Assembly: GCA_016936905.1 (NCBI GenBank)
Contig: JAFGWZ010000081.1
Location: 1 to 12,042 of the forward strand
DNA: 12,042 bases
Direction: 5' to 3'
Source of the DNA: Deltaproteobacteria bacterium
Lineage (GTDB): Bacteria > Desulfobacterota > Syntrophia > Syntrophales > UBA6807
Shown here piece by piece: positions 5,514 through 12,042 of this stretch (position 1 is its first letter; every line of letters begins with the position of its first letter). The notes under the pieces were generated by a model, which did no database searches, was not told the origin of the DNA, and saw only the letters and a program-made list of their open reading frames with translations. A program made the position numbers and the translations under genes.

Positions 5514-8102
5514 TCATTCGTGATAACACATCACCTGTTGCGACACCACATCGGCGACAATCTGAATCGAATCCTTTTCGGCATCGTACACCTTTATAAT
5601 ATCCCTGTAACTGTGGGCATCGGGGACAATAGCCTCCAGGTGGTTCGGCAAGGTCTTCACGTAGTGTTCATCAAAAATGACATTTTCATCACCGGGGAAC
5701 AGGGCGACATAGAATATCTTCGTTTCCACCAGGTCCTGGAAAAAATGCGTTCCATAGGAAAGTTCGGGTATCAGGTTTGCGTCCACATAGGCGACCTCTC
5801 CCAAAACGTTCATGTGGTTGATCTCAGAAAAGCTGACGGGTACCCCCAGAGACGGAGTGGATGATCCCCATCTGCCGGGGCCGAGGAGCATGGTGGGGCA
5901 CTTTTCTCTGCTCTCGATTTTCCTGTTCAACTTTCCTATCAACCGCGCGATATTGTACTTCCCTGTCAGTGCAAGGTTATTGTATCCCTTCGGATCGACG
6001 TAAATAATTCTTTTTATTGTCTGAGAGATTGACCCTCCCATGAATTTTCCTTCCGAGCGAAAGAAAATCGCGTCGCTTTTAACGTTATCCGGAAATTCGA
6101 CCCTCGTTTCCCCCCCCATGGTCTGGAGGGGGCGGCACTGGACGAGGTTTATCTGAAAGGTTCCATTCTTTCTGAAGTTGACGGTAAACTCGATGTCCAC
6201 GGGGTATTGGTAGATTGTTTCCAGCTTCCCCAACATTTTCTGCATGATCTTAGTAAACGATGTCTGGGATAGAAGTTCATCAAACGTAATAATCCAGGCG
6301 TCCTGATCCTTGATCCCCAACTGCTTCAGTTTTTCGTTCGTTTCATGATCCCTCACGGCAATCTTTTCCAGGTTGATATCAAGTTTCTGCCCCATGAGTT
6401 TTATCATGGGGATCGTCTGCAATTTATTATCTTTCAGATTCAGGACGTCAACATCCCGCTGGGAAAATTTCCTCGTGTCTTCCATCCCGCCGTGAGGTTT
6501 CACCAGGGGGGCATCGAGGGCAACGATCCGCGGATAGTCTCCTTCCGTGCGATTGACCGCCCGGGTCCCCAGACCGAAAACGAGCCTGAGCATTCCCGCC
6601 TTCGGGTCCATATCAGGTTTCCACACGAAGGTATTATAGGAAATGCCGACACCACCGATATCCGGAAAGGCAAAATGCTTCCGATACGATCCGGATACGC
6701 GCTGGACGAGAAGTGCCATCTGCTCATCCTCGTTCTCCAGCCCGCGCTGCAAACGGTACATGAGCGCATCCTCATTCATGGTGCTTGCGTAAATCCGCCG
6801 GACGGCGCTTTCGAACTGGGCGTACCGTTCTTCCGGGCTTCCCTGATTGACGCAGAAGATACTATCGTACTTGCCGGCGAATGCGTTACCAAAGGCATCC
6901 TCAAGGAGGCTGCTCGAACGGACGAGAAAGGGAGATGATCCGAAATATTCGACGATCTCAAAAAATTGTTCTCTTATTTCCGGTGGAAATGCTCCGTTTT
7001 TCATTTTCTCTTTAAGGATCTTGCCGGCCCAGAAGTACCCGTCTTTCGTCTTCTGTTCCATCCGCAGCTTCCACCACCCGTTCTGAACGATATAGGTATA
7101 AAAAACATCGGACCCGACATAAAAGGAATCATGGGGTTCCAAAACCGGATCCCATTCAAAGGACCGGTCTTCCGTGAGGATTTTCCTGGCGAGCAACATG
7201 CCGGCCGCCTTGCCTCCGATAAAACCCGTTCCGATCAGGCGCTCCCGTATCTGCAATAAATCATCGAGGGTGAAATTTTCCTTCACGAGGATGGACAGCC
7301 GTGGTTCACGGGTGATCATGATGCGGCAGATGCGATCGATCATGTCTTCCTTTGCCCCCGATTCCCAAGGCTTATCGAGTAATTCCTGGGCATGGAGAAA
7401 CAGGCGGTCCCAGTAATCGAGCTTACGATGGGCCCGTTCCATTGTCTGACGGGAGACATCGTGAAAGAGTTTCGCCGCATCGATACTGTTTGCAATAGGG
7501 ATAAACTGCCCTCCTTCCTGGAGATGAGGCAGGAACATGGTGGGCGAGTAGCGTTGCCAGACCTTCAACGGGTGGACGCAGAAAAGCCCGCCGGCCTTGT
7601 AGGTGTCAATCAGCACCTGTGTGGTCTCCCGTATGCGGGCGACCGTCTTATACGAATGGCTGGCTCTTATGATCGCAAAGTAGGCGATCGTATCGAGTTC
7701 AAAGAGATAGGGGCAGGTTATCATGAAAAAATTTCCGATCATCAGGTCGGTAGACCACGCCGAAAGCAGATCGGAAAGACAGTCGAACACATAGAAAACA
7801 CCCTTTCCCTCATTGGTAATAATGGTGTGGACATCCGTTGAAAATGATTCGAAACCGCTTCCCGCGTCGAGATTGTAGATCCTGATGTTGGCATGCTGTT
7901 TCACCAGCGGCTTATGCTGGGCGAAACGCATATAAATGACACGGCGATTGTCTTTTAACGCCCTGTTGACGTAATTCTGGACGAAATATGCATATTCCTC
8001 GATGTCGTCCACGCGCCACACCACGTTATCGCCTATCTTCAGGTTATCGATAATTTCATCCAGACCTTTTAATCCGGTACTGACTCTGTCCAATGACTGC
8101 AT
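5514..8102 (-). CDS. Large multi-domain protein: degenerate KaiC/RecA-like N-domain + PEP-synthase/PPDK_N-type ATP-grasp domain + uncharacterised C-terminal domain (function unknown)
   Basis: 862-aa uninterrupted ORF starting at ATG 8102. The N-terminus 'STGLKGLDEIIDNLKIGDNVVW' follows the KaiC/RadA 'STGIPGLDELLGGG' pattern, and 'VFYVFDCLSDLL' resembles the KaiC Walker-B/'DSLS' strand. Where the P-loop should be the sequence reads 'RVDDIEEYAYF', with no GxxGxGKT. Residues ~290-660 carry PPDK_N hallmarks: 'IGTGFIGGKAAGMLLARKIL' (cf. PpsA 'VGGKNASLGEM'), 'FLVRSSSLLEDAFGNAFAGKYDS' (cf. 'VRSSATAEDLPxASFAGQ'), 'MALLVQRVSGS', 'GMLRLVFGLGTRAVN' and the terminal 'INLVQCRPLQ' (cf. 'ILQARPET'). The C-terminal ~200 aa shows no 'GGRTSHAAI'-type phospho-His motif. 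Confidence 0.8.
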   Translation of the reverse strand: MQSLDRVSTGLKGLDEIIDNLKIGDNVVWRVDDIEEYAYFVQNYVNRALKDNRRVIYMRFAQHKPLVKQHANIRIYNLDAGSGFESFSTDVHTIITNEGKGVFYVFDCLSDLLSAWSTDLMIGNFFMITCPYLFELDTIAYFAIIRASHSYKTVARIRETTQVLIDTYKAGGLFCVHPLKVWQRYSPTMFLPHLQEGGQFIPIANSIDAAKLFHDVSRQTMERAHRKLDYWDRLFLHAQELLDKPWESGAKEDMIDRICRIMITREPRLSILVKENFTLDDLLQIRERLIGTGFIGGKAAGMLLARKILTEDRSFEWDPVLEPHDSFYVGSDVFYTYIVQNGWWKLRMEQKTKDGYFWAGKILKEKMKNGAFPPEIREQFFEIVEYFGSSPFLVRSSSLLEDAFGNAFAGKYDSIFCVNQGSPEERYAQFESAVRRIYASTMNEDALMYRLQRGLENEDEQMALLVQRVSGSYRKHFAFPDIGGVGISYNTFVWKPDMDPKAGMLRLVFGLGTRAVNRTEGDYPRIVALDAPLVKPHGGMEDTRKFSQRDVDVLNLKDNKLQTIPMIKLMGQKLDINLEKIAVRDHETNEKLKQLGIKDQDAWIITFDELLSQTSFTKIMQKMLGKLETIYQYPVDIEFTVNFRKNGTFQINLVQCRPLQTMGGETRVEFPDNVKSDAIFFRSEGKFMGGSISQTIKRIIYVDPKGYNNLALTGKYNIARLIGKLNRKIESREKCPTMLLGPGRWGSSTPSLGVPVSFSEINHMNVLGEVAYVDANLIPELSYGTHFFQDLVETKIFYVALFPGDENVIFDEHYVKTLPNHLEAIVPDAHSYRDIIKVYDAEKDSIQIVADVVSQQVMCYHE

Positions 8103-8106
8103 TAAA

Positions 8107-8118
8107 CCTCGGCCTCCC
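8107..8118 (-). promoter_or_regulatory. Shine-Dalgarno region for the 862-aa ORF within the 18-nt gap after the carB stop
   Basis: On the minus strand the carB stop TAA is followed by 'cagGGAGGccGAGGtttaATG'. GGGAGG lies 10 nt and GAGG 4 nt upstream of the ATG at 8102. This indicates translational coupling with carB. Confidence 0.6.
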
Positions 8119-8120
8119 TG

Positions 8121-11100
8121 TTATGAAGAATAGAGCTCCTGCAGCGAACGTATATCACAGCATCCCGCTTTCAGCGCTCCTATTGCATTGACCATCGCAA
8201 CGGCGGCAGACAGGGTTGTCACCAGAGGAATCCCGTGAGCCACCGCAATGCTCCGCATTTTTACCTCATCCCGTCTCGGTCTGGGACCGCTCGGCGTATT
8301 GATGAGAAGATTAACCGCCCTGTTCTTGATGTAATCGATAATGTTCGGCCTGCCTTCGTCGAGCTTGGGCAGGCATGTAACCTTCACTTTTTGTTCCATC
8401 AGCACCCGGGCGGTTCCCGGCGTGGATAGTATCTCGAAGCCCATATCATGCAATTGCCTGCCCAGAGCGGCAACGGCGTCCTTATCTGTGTCTTTGACGC
8501 TGAGGAATACCCGTCCCGAATCGGGTACCTTCTGTCCCGCCGCTATCTGGCTCTTGGCAAACGCCAATCCGATATTCGGATCGATACCCATAACCTCCCC
8601 GGTCGATTTCATCTCCGGTCCGAGGATGGTATCGACACCGGGAAACCGGGCAAAGGGAAGAACCGATTCCTTGACGGCGTAGCACGGGGGCAGCGGATCT
8701 TCCTTTATCCCCTGTTCCTTCAGCGATACCCCCGCCATGACCTTTGTGGCAATCTTTGCCAAGGGTACACCGGTTGCCTTCGATACGAACGGCACGGTCC
8801 TGGATCCTCTCGGATTGACTTCCAGGATATAGATCTCTTTGTCCTTGACGGCATACTGGATGTTGAGAAGTCCCCTGACTTCAAGGCGGATCGCGATATC
8901 ACGCGTTTTATCCTTTATAAGATCAACAAGGTGCGGCTCAAGTGAATAGGCGGGAATGACCATGGCGCTGTCGCCCGAGTGAATGCCCGCGTGTTCGATA
9001 TGCTCCATGACGCCGCCGATGATAACATCGGTTCCGTCGGAAACGGCATCCACATCGACTTCTATGGCATCATCAAGAAATTCATCGATCAGGACGGGGT
9101 GGTCGGCTGATACCAGGAATGCCTCCTTCAAAAAACCCATCAGCTCCGATTCGCTCCAGACAACGGCCATCGCTCTACCGCCAAGGACATAGGACGGTCG
9201 AATCAGGACGGGGTACCCGATGCGGGCGACCGCATCCTGCGCTTCTTCAATGGAGAGGGCGGTGTCGCTTTTCGGCTGCTTGATTCCCGTCGCGTCAGCC
9301 AGTTCCTTGAACAGCTTTCGGTCTTCCGCCCGGTCGATGGCCTCCGGGGAGGTTCCCAGGATTCTTACCCCGTTTTTCGCCAGTGGTAAAGCGAGGTTCA
9401 ACGGGGTCTGTCCCCCGAGCTGAACGATAACCCCTTCCGGTTTCTCCGCCTCGACGATATTCAGAACGTCTTCCAGCGTCAACGGTTCGAAATAGAGTTT
9501 GTCGGAGATATCGTAATCTGTGGATACCGTCTCAGGGTTCGAATTCACCATGATGGTCTCATAACCCATCTCTCTCAGCGTCAATGAGGCATGAACACAG
9601 CAATAATCAAACTCGATGCCCTGACCGATGCGATTTGGGCCACCGCCGATGATCATGATCTTCCGGGCCGCCCCCGCCCTGCTCTCGTCTTCCTCCTCGT
9701 ATGTCGAATAAAAATATGGCGTATACGCCTCGAATTCGGCGGCACAGGTGTCAACCAGTTTATAGACCGGACGGATCCCCCTTTCCTTCCGTAACGACCT
9801 CACCTGAGCCTCCGTCATGTCGAGTATCCTGCCGATCTGCCCATCGGAATATCCGAAACGTTTTGCCGTATGAAGAAGCTCCGACGAGATATCCCCGGTA
9901 TCGTGACAGTCTTCAATTCGGCTTTCCAGATCGACGATCTCCTTTATGTTCCTGAGAAACCATGGATCGATACCGGTCAATTCGGCTATCCGGTGAACGG
10001 TCATTCCCGATTTCAGCGCGAATTTGATATAGAAAAGCCTCCCAGGAGTCGGCCGGACCAGCATTGTCTCCACCCGTTCAGGATCGACGCTCCCCTCTTT
10101 GAACTCAAGGCCGCTGATGCCGATTTCCAGTCCCCGGAGCCCCTTTTGGAGGGCTTCCTTGAAGGTCCGTCCGATGGCCATCGTCTCGCCGACCGATTTC
10201 ATCGATATTGTCAGCGTGTCATCGGCGCCGGGAAACTTTTCGAAGGCAAACCGGGGAATCTTTACAACGCAGTAATCGATCGTCGGTTCAAACGATGCCG
10301 GGGTTTTCTTGGTGATATCGTTCGGTATTTCATCCAGGGTGTAGCCAACTGCCAGCTTCGCCGCAATCTTCGCGATAGGAAAGCCCGTCGCCTTTGAGGC
10401 CAGCGCCGACGACCGCGAAACACGGGGGTTCATTTCGATGACCACGATCCGACCCGTTTCCGGATGAACGGCAAACTGGATGTTCGATCCGCCCGTTTCC
10501 ACGCCTATCTTCCTGATGACGGCAATGGACCCGTTGCGGAGTTCCTGATATTCCCTGTCGGTGAGTGTCTGCGCCGGGGCCACGGTGATCGAATCGCCGG
10601 TATGGACTCCCATGGCATCGATGTTCTCGATGGAGCAGATGATGACGACATTGTCCGCCTTGTCACGCATGACTTCCAGCTCGTATTCCTTCCACCCCAG
10701 GACCGATTCTTCGATGAGGATCTCACTGATCATGCTCTGTTCCAGGCCGCGGACGGCGAGACGCTCAAATTCCTCCACGTTGTAAACCAGGGCGCCGCCG
10801 GTCCCCCCGAGGGTGTAGCTCGGCCGGATCACCACGGGAAATCCTATATCCGCCACGACGGCACGGGCCTCCTCCATGGAGTGCGCGATGCCGCTCCTGG
10901 GAACATCCAGGCCGATATCCGCCATTGCCTCTTTGAACTGCTCTCGGTCTTCCGCCCGCTTGATCGCCTGGAGATTGGCGCCGATCATTTCAACACCGAA
11001 TTCCTCGAACACACCCCTTTCAGCAACCTCGACGGCCGTATTCAGGGCGGTCTGCCCCCCGATGGTGGCTAGAACCGCGTCGGGCCGCTCCTTTCGTACG

Positions 11101-11330
11101 ATTTTCTCGACCACATCGGCGGTTATGGGCTCTATATAGGTATGATCAGACATCTCGGGATCGGTCATGATGGTCGCGGGATTCGAGTTAAGGAGAACGA
11201 TCTCATATCCCTCTTCCCGAAGGGCCTTGCAGGCCTGGGTACCGGAATAATCAAACTCGCAGGCCTGTCCGATGACAATCGGACCTGATCCGATGATGAG
11301 AATTTTTTTTAAATCCGTTCGCTTCGGCAT
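8121..11330 (-). CDS. carB: Carbamoyl-phosphate synthase large subunit
   Basis: '[58 protein letters not shown]' is nearly identical to the E. coli CarB N-terminus. It has two ATP-grasp halves (the second begins '[25 protein letters not shown]') and a C-terminal MGS-like allosteric domain ('[36 protein letters not shown]'). I chose the start at ATG 11330 (MPKRTD). The track's GTG at 11363 adds 11 non-conserved residues. Confidence 0.95.
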   Translation of the reverse strand: MPKRTDLKKILIIGSGPIVIGQACEFDYSGTQACKALREEGYEIVLLNSNPATIMTDPEMSDHTYIEPITADVVEKIVRKERPDAVLATIGGQTALNTAVEVAERGVFEEFGVEMIGANLQAIKRAEDREQFKEAMADIGLDVPRSGIAHSMEEARAVVADIGFPVVIRPSYTLGGTGGALVYNVEEFERLAVRGLEQSMISEILIEESVLGWKEYELEVMRDKADNVVIICSIENIDAMGVHTGDSITVAPAQTLTDREYQELRNGSIAVIRKIGVETGGSNIQFAVHPETGRIVVIEMNPRVSRSSALASKATGFPIAKIAAKLAVGYTLDEIPNDITKKTPASFEPTIDYCVVKIPRFAFEKFPGADDTLTISMKSVGETMAIGRTFKEALQKGLRGLEIGISGLEFKEGSVDPERVETMLVRPTPGRLFYIKFALKSGMTVHRIAELTGIDPWFLRNIKEIVDLESRIEDCHDTGDISSELLHTAKRFGYSDGQIGRILDMTEAQVRSLRKERGIRPVYKLVDTCAAEFEAYTPYFYSTYEEEDESRAGAARKIMIIGGGPNRIGQGIEFDYCCVHASLTLREMGYETIMVNSNPETVSTDYDISDKLYFEPLTLEDVLNIVEAEKPEGVIVQLGGQTPLNLALPLAKNGVRILGTSPEAIDRAEDRKLFKELADATGIKQPKSDTALSIEEAQDAVARIGYPVLIRPSYVLGGRAMAVVWSESELMGFLKEAFLVSADHPVLIDEFLDDAIEVDVDAVSDGTDVIIGGVMEHIEHAGIHSGDSAMVIPAYSLEPHLVDLIKDKTRDIAIRLEVRGLLNIQYAVKDKEIYILEVNPRGSRTVPFVSKATGVPLAKIATKVMAGVSLKEQGIKEDPLPPCYAVKESVLPFARFPGVDTILGPEMKSTGEVMGIDPNIGLAFAKSQIAAGQKVPDSGRVFLSVKDTDKDAVAALGRQLHDMGFEILSTPGTARVLMEQKVKVTCLPKLDEGRPNIIDYIKNRAVNLLINTPSGPRPRRDEVKMRSIAVAHGIPLVTTLSAAVAMVNAIGALKAGCCDIRSLQELYSS

Positions 11331-11416
11331 ACAACCAACTCTCGGCCAGTTCATCCCCGCCACCCCTGTAATCGGCGGGTCTATTGTCAGTTATTCACGA
11401 ATATTCTTTTAATTCA

Positions 11417-12040
11417 TCATTCCCATTCGATCGTGCTGGGCGGCTTGGAACTGATATCGTAGACAACTCGATTGACACCCCTTACTTCGTTGATGATCCG
11501 TGACGACATACGGCTCAGCACCTCATAGGGCAGTTTCATCCAGTCCGCCGTCATACCGTCGAGACTGGTTACAATCCGCAGCGCCACTACATTGGCGTAC
11601 GTTCTTTCGTCGCCCATGACGCCTACGCTCTTCACGGGCAGCAGCACGGCAAAAGACTGCCAGACGTCCTCGACATTCTCGTAGTTTGCGATTTCTTCCT
11701 TGACGATCAGATCGGCCTGACGGAGGATCTGCAGATCCTCATCCGTTACTTCGCCGATGATCCTGACAGCCAAACCCGGGCCGGGAAAGGGTTTCCTTTT
11801 GAGCAGGATATCCGGCAACCCCAGTTCCCTGCCGAGGACTCTCACCTCGTCTTTGAACAATTCCTTGAGCGGTTCGATCAGTTCAAAACCCAGCTCCTCG
11901 GGCAGGCCTCCCACGTTATGATGGCTCTTAATCATCGCGGACGGTCCACCGTGAGCGGATCTGCTCTCGATGACATCGGGATAGAGGGTCCCCTGTGCGA
12001 GGAATTCGGCGTTATCAATATCCGCCGTTTCCGCCTGGAA
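11417..12040 (-). CDS. guaA: GMP synthase (glutamine-hydrolysing), C-terminal dimerisation/ATP-PPase region; 5'-truncated by window edge
   Basis: The minus-strand frame is open from the window edge: '...[46 protein letters not shown]...[17 protein letters not shown]...[13 protein letters not shown]'. This matches the conserved GuaA '[11 protein letters not shown]' and terminal 'TIEWE'. The M at 11935 in the track is internal. Confidence 0.9.
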   Translation of the reverse strand, partial: FQAETADIDNAEFLAQGTLYPDVIESRSAHGGPSAMIKSHHNVGGLPEELGFELIEPLKELFKDEVRVLGRELGLPDILLKRKPFPGPGLAVRIIGEVTDEDLQILRQADLIVKEEIANYENVEDVWQSFAVLLPVKSVGVMGDERTYANVVALRIVTSLDGMTADWMKLPYEVLSRMSSRIINEVRGVNRVVYDISSKPPSTIEWE

Positions 12041-12042
12041 CA

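Noticed and set aside
5520-7841. + strand ORFs (5520-5864, 6345-6938, 6966-7259, 7392-7841) antisense to the 862-aa gene
   Set aside because: They overlap a continuous 2.6-kb minus-strand ORF with clear domain homology. They show low-complexity or Arg/Pro-rich translations, so they are likely spurious.
8235-11139. Many long + strand ORFs (e.g. 8448-8945, 9870-10397, 10464-11072, 10876-11139) overlapping carB in antisense
   Set aside because: They sit entirely inside the strongly supported carB CDS and have no recognisable protein motifs. They are typical shadow ORFs of a GC-rich gene, and no RBS-supported starts were found.
11331-11363. GTG-initiated 11-codon extension of carB
   Set aside because: The conserved CarB N-terminus is MPKRTD at ATG 11330. 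The extension is not conserved and has no better RBS.
11355-11380. GC hairpin (cccgcc-N12-ggcggg) between the guaA stop and the carB start as a possible terminator or PyrR-type attenuator
   Set aside because: No U-tract follows it on the transcribed strand. The loop does not resemble the PyrR binding consensus. A 6-bp stem alone is weak evidence.
1-12042. Search for mobile elements, CRISPR arrays, tRNA/rRNA, and long direct or tandem repeats
   Set aside because: Intergenic space is minimal (the largest gaps are 206, 145, 101 and 86 nt) and none has tRNA-like or repeat-spacer structure. There are no transposase, integrase or recombinase-like translations in any frame, so the window looks like core chromosome.

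Overview
This 12 kb window is densely packed with core nitrogen- and carbon-metabolism genes, not an obvious accessory island. The GC content is moderate to high.

On the + strand is a tightly spaced amtB(partial)-glnK-glnA cluster (gaps of 14 and 24 nt, each with a Shine-Dalgarno (SD) site). A flotillin (SPFH/band-7, FloT/YuaG-like) gene follows and ends at a clean rho-independent terminator.

On the - strand, reading 3'->5' across the window, are the 3' end of guaA, then carB (carbamoyl-phosphate synthetase large subunit) with no adjacent carA, then an 862-aa multi-domain ORF 18 nt downstream of carB, then a type-II citrate synthase (gltA).

The 862-aa ORF is the only non-housekeeping candidate. 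It combines a KaiC/RecA-like N-domain that has lost its Walker-A P-loop, a PEP-synthase/PPDK_N-type ATP-grasp domain, and a ~200-aa C-terminal region with no recognisable phospho-histidine swivel motif.

No rRNA, tRNA, CRISPR, transposase or integrase signals were seen. The many long antisense ORFs in the six-frame track are shadow ORFs of the real genes.

Secondary observations:
- A ~119-nt nested inverted-repeat element lies just after glnA.
- Both PII and GS lack their covalent-modification sites.
- The flotillin gene has no NfeD partner.
- Several 7-8 nt G/C homopolymers sit inside coding sequences.
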